DNA of 61,035 nt from an uncultured Eubacteriales bacterium (GCA_902802805.1 CADCNE010000004.1:1-61035); one strand, 5' to 3'; numbered from the stretch's first letter, positions 15,589-25,585 are shown. Notes: generated by a model from the sequence alone, not told the origin. Numbers and translations are program-made.

Positions 15589-17541
15589 TTACCGCACTAC
15601 GTACCCCGAGGGCATGTCGGTGTAGGGGCCGATGAGGGACAGGTCTTCGTCGGCGGGATCGGATACCGCCAGGACCATGCCCCGGCTCTCCACGCCGCAG
15701 AGGGTGGCGGGCTTCAGGTTCGCCACCAGCACCACGGTCTTCCCCACCAGGTCGGCGGGGGCGTACCACTTCTTGATGCCGGAGACCACGGTCCGCTCCT
15801 CACCGCCCACGTCCAGGGTGAGCTTCAGGAGCTTCTTGGACTTCTTGACCTCCTCGCAGGCCTTCACCTTGGCCAGGCGGAAATCCACCTTCGCAAAGTC
15901 GTCGTAGCTGATCTCCTCCTTGAGAGGGGGCAGGGCCGGCTTCTCAGGCTCGGCGGGGGCCTCCGGGGCCTCCTCGTTCAAGCCCACTTTATCGAGGACC
16001 TCGTTGAGGTCCATCCGGGCGAAGAGGATCTCGGGCTTCTCGGCCACCTTGTTGCCGGAGGGATAGAGGCCGAAGTCCGTGAGGCCGTCGAAGGGCCGGG
16101 GGTTGGCGTTGAGCTCGGAGAGGATCTTCGCGCCGGTGTCCGGCAGGAAGGGGGCAAGGAGGCTGGCGCCCATGGCGATGCTCTCGGTCAGGTTGTAGAG
16201 GACCTCCTTCAGCCGGTTGGCCTTGGTCGGGTCTTTAGCGAGCGTCCAGGGGGCGGTCTCGTCGATGTACTTGTTGCAGCGCTTGAAGAGGTTGAAGATC
16301 TCCGTGATGGCGTCCGCCACCCGAAGCTCGTCCATCCTGGCGGTGACCTTGGTGACCGCGGTCCTGGCCGCCTCCTTCAGCTCCTCGTCCACGGCCTCCC
16401 GGGCGTTGGTGCGCTCCACCACGCCGCCGAAATACTTGTTGGACATGGCCACGGTCCGGTTGACCAGGTTGCCGAGCGTGTTGGCGAGGTCCGCATTCAG
16501 CCGCTCCACCAGCAGCTCGTAGGTGCAGTTGCCGTCGCTGTCGAAGGGCATCTCGTGAAGGAGGAAATAGCGGATGGCGTCCAGGCCGAAAAGCTTGACG
16601 AGCTCGTCCGCGTACATGACGTTGCCCTTACTTTTGCTCATCTTTCCGCCGCCCATGAGGAGCCAGGGATGGCCGAAGATCTGCTTGGGCAGCGGGAGAT
16701 CGAGGGCCATCAGGAAGATGGGCCAGTAGATGGTGTGGAAACGGATGATGTCCTTGCCGATGAGGTGCAGGTCAGCGGGCCAGAAGATGTTGAACTGTGT
16801 GGTGCTGTTCCCGTCGGGCTCGTAGCCCACGCCGGTGATGTAGTTGGTGAGGGCGTCCAGCCACACGTAGACCACGTGCTTGGGATCGAAGTCCACGGGG
16901 ATGCCCCAGGTGAAGGAGGACCGGGACACGCACAGGTCCTGGAGGCCGGGCAGCAGGAAGTTGTTCATCATCTCGTTCTTCCGGGCCACGGGCTGGATGA
17001 ACTCGGGATGCTGGTTGATGTAGTCGATGAGCCGGGGGGCGTACTTGCTCATCTTGAAGAAGTAGGCCTCCTCCCGGGCGGGCTTCACCTCGCCGCCGCA
17101 GTCGGGGCAGCGGCCGTCCTTGAGCTGGGAGGCGGTGAAGAAGGACTCGCAGGGCGTGCAGTACATGCCCTCGTAGGCACCCTTGTAGATGTCGCCCTGG
17201 TCGTAGAGCTTCTTGAAGATGCGCTGGACCTTCCGCTCATGGTCCCTGTCCGTGGTGCGGATGAACTTATCGTAGGAGGTGTTCATGAGATCCCAGATGT
17301 TCTTGATCTCGCCGGCCACGCTGTCCACGTAGGCCTGGGGCTCCATGCCTGCCTTCTGGGCCTTCTCCTCGATCTTCTGGCCGTGCTCGTCGGTGCCGGT
17401 CTGGAAGAACACGTCGTAGCCCATGAACCGCTTGTAGCGGGCGATGGCGTCCGCCAGCACGATCTCATAGACGTTGCCGATGTGGGGCTTGGCCGAGGCG
17501 TAGGCGATGGCCGTGGTGATGTAGTAGGGTCGCTTTTCCAT
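15589..17541 (-). CDS. metG: methionine--tRNA ligase
   Basis: YYITTAIAYASAKPHIGN (HIGH-type), KMSKSKGN (KMSKS) and a C-terminal tRNA-binding domain. Start set to the ATG at 17541, which is 8 nt after GGAAGGAGGA. Confidence 0.93.
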   Translation of the reverse strand: MEKRPYYITTAIAYASAKPHIGNVYEIVLADAIARYKRFMGYDVFFQTGTDEHGQKIEEKAQKAGMEPQAYVDSVAGEIKNIWDLMNTSYDKFIRTTDRDHERKVQRIFKKLYDQGDIYKGAYEGMYCTPCESFFTASQLKDGRCPDCGGEVKPAREEAYFFKMSKYAPRLIDYINQHPEFIQPVARKNEMMNNFLLPGLQDLCVSRSSFTWGIPVDFDPKHVVYVWLDALTNYITGVGYEPDGNSTTQFNIFWPADLHLIGKDIIRFHTIYWPIFLMALDLPLPKQIFGHPWLLMGGGKMSKSKGNVMYADELVKLFGLDAIRYFLLHEMPFDSDGNCTYELLVERLNADLANTLGNLVNRTVAMSNKYFGGVVERTNAREAVDEELKEAARTAVTKVTARMDELRVADAITEIFNLFKRCNKYIDETAPWTLAKDPTKANRLKEVLYNLTESIAMGASLLAPFLPDTGAKILSELNANPRPFDGLTDFGLYPSGNKVAEKPEILFARMDLNEVLDKVGLNEEAPEAPAEPEKPALPPLKEEISYDDFAKVDFRLAKVKACEEVKKSKKLLKLTLDVGGEERTVVSGIKKWYAPADLVGKTVVLVANLKPATLCGVESRGMVLAVSDPADEDLSLIGPYTDMPSGYVVR

Positions 17542-17595
17542 GAACATATCCTCCTTCCCGCCGGGGCGGGATGTATCTGAATTCATAAGATTTTA

Positions 17596-19008
17596 TCAGC
17601 GTGTTTCTTCCCTGTCAACCACAAATATCCAGGGCAGGAGCCCGCCGGCCTCGGTGCGCTTCTGCTCCCGAAGGACCAGGCCCTTCGATCGGTCCAGGCA
17701 CCCCTTCAGGAGCTTGTACTCCATGGTATAGAGCACCGCCGTGCCGCCGGGACTAAGGAGCTCGGGGAGGCGGCGGACGAACCGGTCATAGAGGCGGGTG
17801 TTGTCCTCGTGGCTGCCCACCCGGTTCCCGAAGGGCAAGTTGGAGAGGATGAGATCGAAGCCCTCCCGAGCTTCGAACCGCAGGGCGTCCTTGGTGACGA
17901 AGGAGGCCTTGGACTTCCCTGCCCGGGCGTTGGTCCGGGCGCTCTCCACGGCCGTGCCGCTTTTATCGACGCCCACCAGCACCCGGCAGGGGCCCAGGGC
18001 TTCCCGGACAAAGAGCAGGGAGCCGCAGCCGCAGAAGGGGTCCAAGACCCGGGGGCGCTCCCGCTTTTCAAATCGCATGGCATATCGAGCCAGGCAAAAG
18101 GCCGTGGCCGGGTGGATGGAGGCGCTGACGGTCCGCTGCCGCCAGGGGTAGCGGCCGTCCTTCACGTTCCACAGCTTCCAATAGAGGTCCGCCTTGTCCA
18201 TATGGCAGTCCACCCGAAGCTCCGTGTCGTAGGCCGAGGGGTTGTTCTGCCCCGGCAGCGCACCCGCCAGCGCGGTGATGAGCTTGCGCCGGTCCCGGGT
18301 GTAGCCCCGAAGCTCGATCCGGTACCGCTCGGCAGGCATAGGCCCGACCTGTTGGGCGATGGTCTGTGCGTCCAGGGGCACGTCGAAGGCGATGGGCAGC
18401 AGGGCCTCGGCCATGCAGTTAGCTTTGTACACCTGCCCGATCTTGTCTGTAATGACCGCGGCGGCCCCATGCTCCGCTTTGGCCGAGAAGCCCAGCGACC
18501 TGAGCTCCTCCATGAGCACATCCAAAAAGCCCTCGGGGGCATAGCACAGCACCTTTCGCGGGGCGGGCAGACGGGTGATCTGTTCCGCGCCGTAGGTCTC
18601 GAAGCTCTGGAGGGCCTTGTCCCGACTGAGGACGATCTGAGCCACCAGGCCGTCGGTCTCAGGGCTCGGGGAAGCGGGGGGCTCATAGGCCCGCAGAGTG
18701 GCCTCGTCCCCCAATCGGCCCAGGGCCAGGATGAGGCTGGGGATGGCAAACAGGGTCTCTTCCTTCTGCAGCGCGGTCCGCAGCACGGGCAGATCCCTCT
18801 CGTCCTCCAGGGCGCCCATGAGCCGGTAGGCGTTCTTGCGGACCTTGGGCGTGGGGGACTGGGCGGCGCTGTGCAGGGGGAGCCTGTCCCCCAACAGGCC
18901 GTTGATCTCCTCCCGACCCGCCCTGGTCTTCCCCAGAACGCACAAAGCGGACAGGGCCTCCCCCGCCGCTTCGGCGTCCAGCTGCTCGATATAGGTTTGA
19001 GCCGTCAT
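17596..19008 (-). CDS. class I SAM-dependent (THUMP-type, RNA) methyltransferase with an N-terminal HEAT-like repeat region
   Basis: 470 aa. VLDPFCGCGSLLF (motif I) and LSNLPFGNRVG (the N/D-PPF-type motif of the UPF0020 family). 4-nt overlap with the murG stop. Confidence 0.7.
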   Translation of the reverse strand: MTAQTYIEQLDAEAAGEALSALCVLGKTRAGREEINGLLGDRLPLHSAAQSPTPKVRKNAYRLMGALEDERDLPVLRTALQKEETLFAIPSLILALGRLGDEATLRAYEPPASPSPETDGLVAQIVLSRDKALQSFETYGAEQITRLPAPRKVLCYAPEGFLDVLMEELRSLGFSAKAEHGAAAVITDKIGQVYKANCMAEALLPIAFDVPLDAQTIAQQVGPMPAERYRIELRGYTRDRRKLITALAGALPGQNNPSAYDTELRVDCHMDKADLYWKLWNVKDGRYPWRQRTVSASIHPATAFCLARYAMRFEKRERPRVLDPFCGCGSLLFVREALGPCRVLVGVDKSGTAVESARTNARAGKSKASFVTKDALRFEAREGFDLILSNLPFGNRVGSHEDNTRLYDRFVRRLPELLSPGGTAVLYTMEYKLLKGCLDRSKGLVLREQKRTEAGGLLPWIFVVDREETR

Positions 19009-20069
19009 TGGCCCACCGCCCGGAAGATCAGGCGCAGGATATTTTCGGTGCCGTCGGCGCCGGGGGCGGCGGCCATGGCGTCCGCGTACTTCTGCCGGTC
19101 ATGGTAGACGGCTAGCACGGTATCCACCAGCTTCTCGGGCGTAGCTTCCGCCTGGGGCAGGTGGACGGCGTAGCCGTTCTTCTCAAAGTATTTCGCGTTC
19201 AGGATCTGGTCGCCGCGGCTCGCTTCCAGGGGCAGGGGGATGAGCACGGCGGGCTTCTTCAGGGCCAGGAGCTCGAAGACCGCGTTGGCCCCCGCCCGGC
19301 TCACCACCACGTCCGCAGCCGCCAGCACGTCGGCCATCTGCTCGTTCACGTATTCGAAGCGCACGTATCCGGGCCGGGGGGCGGTGTCGTCCGCCTTGCC
19401 CTGACCGCAGAGATGCACGATGTCGAAGGTCTTCAACAGTTCGTCCAAGGCCGCCTCCACCGCCTCGTTCACGGCCTTGGCCCCGGTGCTGCCGCCCACC
19501 ACCAGCAGGACGGGCTTTTCGCCCGTGAGGCCCGTGAAGGCGAGGCCCTTCTCCCGGCTGCCCTCGAACAGGGCCGCCCGGATGGGGGTGCCGGTGTGGA
19601 CGCCCTTGTTCCCGGGGACCTTCGCCACGGTATCCGCAAAGGTGGTGCAGACCGTGTCCGCGAACCGGGACGCGATCCTGTTGGCGAGGCCCGGGGAATA
19701 ATCGCTCTCGTGGCAGAGGACGGGGCACTTCCCCTTGGCCGCCATGACCACGGGCACGGACACGTAGCCGCCCTTGCTGAAGAGCACGTCAGGCTTCACG
19801 GTCCTCATGATCTTTCTGGACTGAAAATACCCCTTCACCACCCGGAAGGGATCGGTGAAATTCTTCCAGGAGAAGTAACGCCGAAGCTTCCCCCAGGCCA
19901 CGGCGTGATAGACGACCTCGGGGCGCTTTGCAAGGAGCTCATGCTCGATGCCCTCCTCCGTGCCGATGTAGTGGATGGTCCACTCGTTTTTGTCCAGCCG
20001 ATCCATCAGCGCCAGGTTGGGCATCACGTGCCCCGCCGTGCCGCCGCCGGTAAAGATGATGGTCTTCAT
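19005..20069 (-). CDS. murG: undecaprenyldiphospho-muramoylpentapeptide beta-N-acetylglucosaminyltransferase
   Basis: 354 aa. IIFTGGGTAGHVMPNLAL N-terminus and the GT28 C-terminal motif VVSRAGANAVFEL. Confidence 0.92.
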   Translation of the reverse strand: MKTIIFTGGGTAGHVMPNLALMDRLDKNEWTIHYIGTEEGIEHELLAKRPEVVYHAVAWGKLRRYFSWKNFTDPFRVVKGYFQSRKIMRTVKPDVLFSKGGYVSVPVVMAAKGKCPVLCHESDYSPGLANRIASRFADTVCTTFADTVAKVPGNKGVHTGTPIRAALFEGSREKGLAFTGLTGEKPVLLVVGGSTGAKAVNEAVEAALDELLKTFDIVHLCGQGKADDTAPRPGYVRFEYVNEQMADVLAAADVVVSRAGANAVFELLALKKPAVLIPLPLEASRGDQILNAKYFEKNGYAVHLPQAEATPEKLVDTVLAVYHDRQKYADAMAAAPGADGTENILRLIFRAVGQ

Positions 20070-20114
20070 TCCCTCTCCCCTTGCTTTTTCTGGTTTTCGC
20101 TATTCTATGCGGCC

Positions 20115-22757
20115 TCAGCCGTTGGTGTTCCCGTCGTCCTCGGTATCCGTCGTAGCTGAAGTCGTCACGGTATCGGTGTCGCCGGTCCCGCTGTTTTCTA
20201 TGCAGCTCTCGGAAGTGGGGGGCACGGTCAGCGTGTCGTCCTTCAGCAGCACCTGGGCGATGAGGAACTTCATCTGGGTCCACTCGTCCACCTGCTTGGT
20301 CATGTCGATCTCCAGCATGACCAGCACCAGCCGCTCCTCCTCGGGCTCCAAAGGCGTGCCGTCGATATGCCGGCTGCGGAAGGCCACGAACCAGGCGAGC
20401 TCCTTGTCGGCGTCCTTGGCGTTAAGCTTCTTAGCGAGCTCTGCCGTGCCCGTCTTGCCCGCGCAGGTGTAGGTCCTGAGCACGCTCAAAAACCTGCCGG
20501 TGCCGTAGCCGCCCCAGTTCTCCTTGGTCACGGGGTTCTTGCCCATGTTGCTGGGGGCTTCCACCACGCCCTCCAGCATGTCCAGGATAGCGTCGGCGGT
20601 GCTGGTAGCGCAAAGCTCCTTCCAGATGGTCGCCTCGTGATGGCTGACCTCCGTATATTCGGTCTTGTCCTCCTGCCAGATGGACTCGATGACATAGGGC
20701 TCGTAGACGGTGCCTCCGTTGCGGAAAGCGGAGATGTAGCTCGCCAGCTGCAGCGGCGTCAGCAGCAGCTCCCCCTGTCCGTATCCGGTCATGGCCAGCA
20801 GGTCCATGGTCTCCTCGGAGACCAGTCCGTTCTCATCCGGGGTGGTGTTCTTGATCTGGGATCTCTGGGTGGGCAGATCGAAGGGGATGGACTCGCCCAT
20901 GCCCATGACGGAAAGATACCGCTTCAGGGTGTCCCAGCCGATCTTCATACCGAGATAGGCAAAGTAGATGTTGTCCGACTGGATCATGCAGTTCTTCATG
21001 TTCATGGGGCCCCGCCGGTTGGTGCTGTAGGTACGGGTGACCTTGGTCACGCCGGACTCCGGCATCAGGGTGCCCTTGGTGGGGTTCCAGATGGTGTCGG
21101 TGCCCTTGAGGCGCTCCTGCTCCTCGGGAAAGGCCCAGTCCAGGGTCACGGCACCGCTCTCCAGGGCCGTGATGGCCACCAGGGGCTTGAAGGTGGACCC
21201 CGGGGGATAGAGGCCCTGGATGGCCCGGTTCAGGAGGGGGGTCTTGGGGTCCTTCTCCATGGCCGCCCAGACCTCGTCGTCCATCTCGCCCCGGGAGAAG
21301 CTGTTGGGATCGTAACCGGGGAAGGAGACCATGGCCTCCACGCCGCCGGTGGTGGGGTTCATGACGATGACCGTGCCGCTGATGGAGTCGTCGTAGACGA
21401 TGGTTTGAATGGCCTCCTCCACCCGCTTCTGCAGGTCGATCTTCACGGTCAGGTGCAGGTCCTCCCCGTCCACGGGGGGGATGTTGTACAGGATCTGCTT
21501 GACCTTGCCGCCGGCGCCCTGGATGTAGGCGAAGCTCCCCTTGACGCCCCGCAGCTTTTCCTCATACTGTTTCTCAAGGCCCGCGTAACCCAGCCAGCTG
21601 TCGCCATCGTAGTTGGGGTCGTTGACCTTGTTTCCGTTTTCATCGAGAACGTACAGCCATTCCTTGTTCTCCTTGAGGATGCCGTTCTCCATGGAGTAGT
21701 GGTTCAAATACTCCTTCTGGATGATGCCGGCGTAGCCCAGAAGGTGGGCGAGGCTGGTGCCGTAGGGGTACTGCCGGAGGGTGCCGTAGTTGTTGCTGTC
21801 CACGCCCACGCCGGGGATGGTCAAGAGTCGCGCCTCCAGCTCCGGGGTCATCTGGTCCGGGTACATGACCTTCAATTTGGCGAAGTCACGGAAGGTACGG
21901 GCCAGGCTGTTGCGCACGTCCGCCTCCGTGAGGTTCAGCTCCGGCACGGCGGCCACCGCCTGCTCGAAGGGCACGTACAGCTCCTTTTCCAGCAGCTGGT
22001 CGGGGGTCAGGGACTTGTCCTCGGCTTTGAAGAGGGTCTTCACGTCGGTGACGGCCTTGCCGCCGTCCTTCAGCTGGATCTTGCTGGGGATGCAGTAGAT
22101 GGTGACTGCGGGCACGTTCTCCGCAAGGAGGATGCCCTCCGCGTCGAAGATCTCGCCACGGTCCGGATAGTTGGTGCCCATCAGCATGGTATCGCCCCAC
22201 TCCATGTTGGGGAAGATGAGGCTGGGGTCCCACATGACCACCCAGCCCTCGTGATACTCGCTGTTGACGGTGAAATCGAAGATCAGGTTCCCGGCCTTGC
22301 TGGTGAGATAGGCCATGCGGTAGACCACGCTGGCGTTCAGGGTGCCGTTCACCTCGGAAACGATCTGGGCGGTGATGGCGGTGAGCCCCATGGCCTCGAA
22401 GATGTCCGTGTACCGCCTTTTGAACTCAGTCCTGGTCATGCGGTGGTCAGTGACCTCCGCGGGCACCGCCGTAGGTTCCGCCGTGGGGAGCGGCGTGGCC
22501 GTGGGCTCCGCCGTAGGTGCGGCGGTCTCACCGGGGCCGGGGGTGGGCGCCTTGGTGGCCTTGGGCGGCTCCGGGGGCTCCTCCTTCTGCAGGTCGGGGG
22601 CGATGAGGGTGTAGGCGGCGTCAAAGTTCTGGTTGGCCAGATACTCGATGAACTGACGGCAGACCACGCTCCCCTGGCCCCGGTCCGGGCCGCAGCCCGT
22701 GAGAGCCACGGGCAGGAGCATGGCCAGTATGATCAATGCGGCGATGGCGCGTTTCAA
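20115..22757 (-). CDS. penicillin-binding protein (PBP2-class transpeptidase) lipoprotein with an N-terminal NTF2-like domain and a Pro/Thr-rich linker
   Basis: 880 aa with a TTG start preceded by GGAGGA. LTGC lipobox. STFK active-site motif (PPGSTFKPL), SDN (QSDNIYF) and KTGTA. Confidence 0.9.
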   Translation of the reverse strand: MKRAIAALIILAMLLPVALTGCGPDRGQGSVVCRQFIEYLANQNFDAAYTLIAPDLQKEEPPEPPKATKAPTPGPGETAAPTAEPTATPLPTAEPTAVPAEVTDHRMTRTEFKRRYTDIFEAMGLTAITAQIVSEVNGTLNASVVYRMAYLTSKAGNLIFDFTVNSEYHEGWVVMWDPSLIFPNMEWGDTMLMGTNYPDRGEIFDAEGILLAENVPAVTIYCIPSKIQLKDGGKAVTDVKTLFKAEDKSLTPDQLLEKELYVPFEQAVAAVPELNLTEADVRNSLARTFRDFAKLKVMYPDQMTPELEARLLTIPGVGVDSNNYGTLRQYPYGTSLAHLLGYAGIIQKEYLNHYSMENGILKENKEWLYVLDENGNKVNDPNYDGDSWLGYAGLEKQYEEKLRGVKGSFAYIQGAGGKVKQILYNIPPVDGEDLHLTVKIDLQKRVEEAIQTIVYDDSISGTVIVMNPTTGGVEAMVSFPGYDPNSFSRGEMDDEVWAAMEKDPKTPLLNRAIQGLYPPGSTFKPLVAITALESGAVTLDWAFPEEQERLKGTDTIWNPTKGTLMPESGVTKVTRTYSTNRRGPMNMKNCMIQSDNIYFAYLGMKIGWDTLKRYLSVMGMGESIPFDLPTQRSQIKNTTPDENGLVSEETMDLLAMTGYGQGELLLTPLQLASYISAFRNGGTVYEPYVIESIWQEDKTEYTEVSHHEATIWKELCATSTADAILDMLEGVVEAPSNMGKNPVTKENWGGYGTGRFLSVLRTYTCAGKTGTAELAKKLNAKDADKELAWFVAFRSRHIDGTPLEPEEERLVLVMLEIDMTKQVDEWTQMKFLIAQVLLKDDTLTVPPTSESCIENSGTGDTDTVTTSATTDTEDDGNTNG

Positions 22758-22901
22758 ACGGTTTCCTCCAAAGTATAAAAAAAGCTGTTTATACTATACC
22801 AGAAAGGACGGGGTTTTGCATCCCCGTCCAACAACTTTTTTCAAAAAAGCCGCTTTTTAAAAATTAACAGGTATGTATCTGTCGTACGTATAGCCATATC
22901 C

Positions 22902-22967
22902 CTTCTTAAGCTTCTCTTTTTTGCGCCGCTTTTTTCCTCTTCACCGAAGAGAAAAAAGCGGCAAAAA
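22902..22967 (+). repeat. palindromic element, module-C-only copy
   Basis: cttcttaagcttctctttttt + gccgcttttttcctcttc/gaagagaaaaaagcggc + aaaaa. It lies in the divergent PBP/deacetylase intergenic region, directly upstream of the -35 at 22980. Confidence 0.8.
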
Positions 22968-22979
22968 CGCCCCTCGTTC

Positions 22980-23008
22980 TTGTCAAAAAACGAAAAACCC
23001 TGTATACT
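22980..23008 (+). promoter_or_regulatory. SigA-type promoter of the polysaccharide deacetylase gene (possibly giving a leaderless mRNA)
   Basis: TTGTCA (22980-22985), 17 nt spacer, TATACT (23003-23008). The ATG at 23015 is only 6 nt beyond the -10 element and has no SD. Confidence 0.55.
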
Positions 23009-23014
23009 GGCGGC

Positions 23015-24097
23015 ATGGAATTGGATCGAGAGGAAGCGAGAAGACGGGCCGCCCGGAAGCGGGCCGCCGCCATACGGAAGAAGAAGCTGCGCCGCCGTCG
23101 GCTCATGGTGCTGGGCGCCGGGGCGCTTCTTTTGGTGCTTCTCGTCGTGGGCGTCGTGTCCCTCATCGTCCGCGCCGTGAATAAGGGTCGGCAGGCCGCC
23201 GCCCTGGAGCCCACCGCCGCCGTCGCTGCCCTGGCCACCGCCGCCCTGCCCGCGGACACGCCCCTGCCTACCGCCGCGCCAACGCCCGCGCCTACCGCGG
23301 TCCCGGTCACGCCCCCTTTGACCATCCAGGAGGACTGGTACAGGGAGCGGACGGAGCAACTCTATAAGAACCTGACCACCTATGGGAACTATTCGGACGC
23401 CGCGGCGGTCTATACCGCTTTGGAGGAGATGCAGATCGACCCCAACGGGAAGAAGCTGGCCATCACCTTCGACGACGGCCCCTACTCCCCCATCACCGAG
23501 CAGATCCTGGACGTGCTGGAGGCGAACCACGCCCGGGCCACCTTCTTCGTGAAGGGCGCGTATATCGATTTTAATAAGGAACTGGTCGCCCGGGAGCTGG
23601 GTCTCGGGTGCGAGATCGGCAACCACACCACCAACCACGAGGACCTGGAGAAGCTGTCCCCGGCGGAGCGCCGCGCCACCGTGGGCGACCTCAACGACAA
23701 GATGTACAGCCTCTTCGGCTACCGGGTCCACCTGCTCCGTCCCCCCTACATCAAATACGGGGACAAGGGAACGGAGACCCGGACGGACATCGTGGCTATG
23801 GCCAAGGAGTACGAAATGGCCATTGTGAACCACACCCGATCGAGCCACGACTCCCACGACGACTACACGGCCCAGATGATGATCGACCGCATTTTGGCTG
23901 AGAAGGATGAGCTGGGCCGGGGTCTCAACAACTCCATCCTCCTGTTCCACGATAAGTACCAGAAGACCGTGGAGGCCATGAAGGTCCTCATCCCCGCCCT
24001 GCAGCAGCAGGGGTACCAGCTGGTCACCGTTTCGGAGCTCTTGAACTGCTCCCAGGAGGGGCTCCACTACGGTTGGATATATTCAAAAGCGGATTGA
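23015..24097 (+). CDS. polysaccharide deacetylase family protein (NodB domain), membrane-anchored
   Basis: 360 aa. Basic N-terminus followed by a TM segment and an Ala/Pro/Thr linker. KKLAITFDDGPYS and HTTNHEDL are NodB motifs. Confidence 0.88.
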   Translation: MELDREEARRRAARKRAAAIRKKKLRRRRLMVLGAGALLLVLLVVGVVSLIVRAVNKGRQAAALEPTAAVAALATAALPADTPLPTAAPTPAPTAVPVTPPLTIQEDWYRERTEQLYKNLTTYGNYSDAAAVYTALEEMQIDPNGKKLAITFDDGPYSPITEQILDVLEANHARATFFVKGAYIDFNKELVARELGLGCEIGNHTTNHEDLEKLSPAERRATVGDLNDKMYSLFGYRVHLLRPPYIKYGDKGTETRTDIVAMAKEYEMAIVNHTRSSHDSHDDYTAQMMIDRILAEKDELGRGLNNSILLFHDKYQKTVEAMKVLIPALQQQGYQLVTVSELLNCSQEGLHYGWIYSKAD

Positions 24098-24118
24098 GAG
24101 GGCTCCTCTTCCATATCG

Positions 24119-24151
24119 ATCCCTCCGACAAAATCGGAGGGATATTTTTTT
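24119..24151 (+). terminator. rho-independent terminator after the deacetylase gene
   Basis: atccctccga-caaaa-tcggagggat stem followed by a T7 run. Confidence 0.8.
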
Positions 24152-24230
24152 CTTCTTTTTGCTTTGTTTTAAGGTTCGGGGAGTAGGATAGGTCCAACGA
24201 AAGCAAAACGAAGGAAAGAAGGTGTTACTC

Positions 24231-25487
24231 ATGAAGAAGAGTTTGAGGATAGCGACCCTGGCCGTGGCCATCTGTATGATCCTGGGCGCCTGGGCCGTGG
24301 TCTACGCCAAAACGGAGACCGAAAAAAACAGCGCGGCCATGGAAATGACCACCGCCGTCAGCGGCAGGACCGATACGACCACTGGTCTTTCCACGGGGAC
24401 AGCCATCTTCCAGAAAGCGGACCTGTTCTCCGACCGGGATCTGCAGCAGACCGCGGACCTGACCAAGGCCGTGACCTATGCGGTCAGCGACGACGAGGAT
24501 ATCTCCATCACCGCCGCGGGGGTCTACGTGCTGACCGGCAGCGCGAAAAACGTGACCGTGACCGTGGAGGCCAATAAGGACGACAAGGTGCAGCTGGTAT
24601 TGGATGGCCTCGCCGTCACTAACGGCGACACGCCTGCGATCTACGTGAAGTCCGCCGACAAGGTCTTCGTCACCACCAGCGCAGACAGCAGCCTTTCCGT
24701 CACCGGCGCCTTCGCCGCGGACGGGGACGCCAAGGTGGACGGTGTGATCTTCTCCAAGTCAGACCTGACCCTCAACGGCACGGCCACCCTCACCATCTCC
24801 TCCACGAAAAACGGCATCGTGGGCAAGGACGACGTGAAAATCACCGGCGGTACCTATGCGATCTCCGCCAAAGTGAAGGCCATCGAAGCCAACGATTCCA
24901 TCCGCATCGCGGACGGTACCCTGGATCTGACCGCCGGCACCGACGGCCTCCACGCGGAGAACGACGAGGACGATTCCAAGGGCTACATCTACATCGGCGG
25001 CGGCAGCGTCACCGTCAACGCCGGGGACGACGGCATCCACGCCGCCACCGTGGTCCAGGTGGACGACGGCACCGTCGCCGTCACCGCGGCCGAAGGCATC
25101 GAAGGGACCTACGTCCAGCTCAACGGCGGCACCGTCACGGTCAGCGCCCGGGACGACGGCATCAACGCCGCCCAAAAGTCCTCGAGCTACCGGGCCACCG
25201 TGGAGGTCAACGGCGGCGATATCACCGTTTCCATGGGCTCCGGGGACACGGACGGCGTGGACAGCAACGGGGACATCATCGTCAATGGCGGCACCATCGC
25301 CGTCACCGGCAACAGCACCTTCGACTACGACGGCACCGGCCAGCTCAACGGCGGCACCGTCATCGTCAACGGCCAGCAGGTCACCTCCCTCCCCGACCAG
25401 TTCGGCGGCAATGGCGGTCGCGGCGGCTGGGGCGGCAATGGCGGTCGCGGTGGCTGGGGCGGCAATGGCGGTCGCGGCGGGCATTGA
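24231..25487 (+). CDS. secreted carbohydrate-binding beta-helix protein (Cthe_2159-like family) with a Gly/Arg/Trp repeat tail
   Basis: ORF trimmed to MKKSLRIATLAVAICMIL (signal peptide). Repeated motifs GDDGIHA, DDGINA and GTDGLHAEND. The tail is GGNGGRGGW x3. Confidence 0.7.
   Translation: MKKSLRIATLAVAICMILGAWAVVYAKTETEKNSAAMEMTTAVSGRTDTTTGLSTGTAIFQKADLFSDRDLQQTADLTKAVTYAVSDDEDISITAAGVYVLTGSAKNVTVTVEANKDDKVQLVLDGLAVTNGDTPAIYVKSADKVFVTTSADSSLSVTGAFAADGDAKVDGVIFSKSDLTLNGTATLTISSTKNGIVGKDDVKITGGTYAISAKVKAIEANDSIRIADGTLDLTAGTDGLHAENDEDDSKGYIYIGGGSVTVNAGDDGIHAATVVQVDDGTVAVTAAEGIEGTYVQLNGGTVTVSARDDGINAAQKSSSYRATVEVNGGDITVSMGSGDTDGVDSNGDIIVNGGTIAVTGNSTFDYDGTGQLNGGTVIVNGQQVTSLPDQFGGNGGRGGWGGNGGRGGWGGNGGRGGH
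25404..25484 (+). repeat. coding tandem repeat, 27 nt x 3 (GGNGGRGGW/H)
   Basis: ggcggcaatggcggtcgcggYggctgg is repeated three times at the 3' end of the gene. Confidence 0.9.
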
Positions 25488-25511
25488 AAACAGAGGTATA
25501 AAATAAAGCAC

Positions 25512-25585
25512 GCACCCTTTCTTGGAAGAAAGGGTGCACACCCAAAGAACTTTGATCGGGAAGTATCGCGTAAGCCGTACTTCCC
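25512..25585 (+). repeat. palindromic element, modules A+B only
   Basis: Hairpin A is gcaccctttctt/aagaaagggtgc. A linker cccaaagaactttgatc follows. Hairpin B is gggaagta...tacttccc followed by tttatt. It lies between convergent genes. Confidence 0.8.

Noticed and set aside
15478-22778. Long plus-strand ORFs (15478..17580, 17809..19107, 19161..20159, 20367..22778) opposite metG, the methyltransferase, murG and the PBP
   Set aside because: All mirror strongly supported minus-strand genes. The repetitive Gly/Asp/His/Val-rich translations are a high-GC antisense artefact.
22807-22841. Hairpin ggacgggg-ttttgca-tccccgtcc followed by a distant T-run in the PBP/deacetylase divergent region, considered as a terminator
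   Set aside because: No gene is transcribed into it from either side, and the T-run is 6 nt away from the stem. Its function is unclear.
22841-24067. 408-aa minus-strand ORF opposite the polysaccharide deacetylase gene
   Set aside because: It runs through the divergent promoter and repeat region, and it is antisense to a gene with clear NodB motifs.
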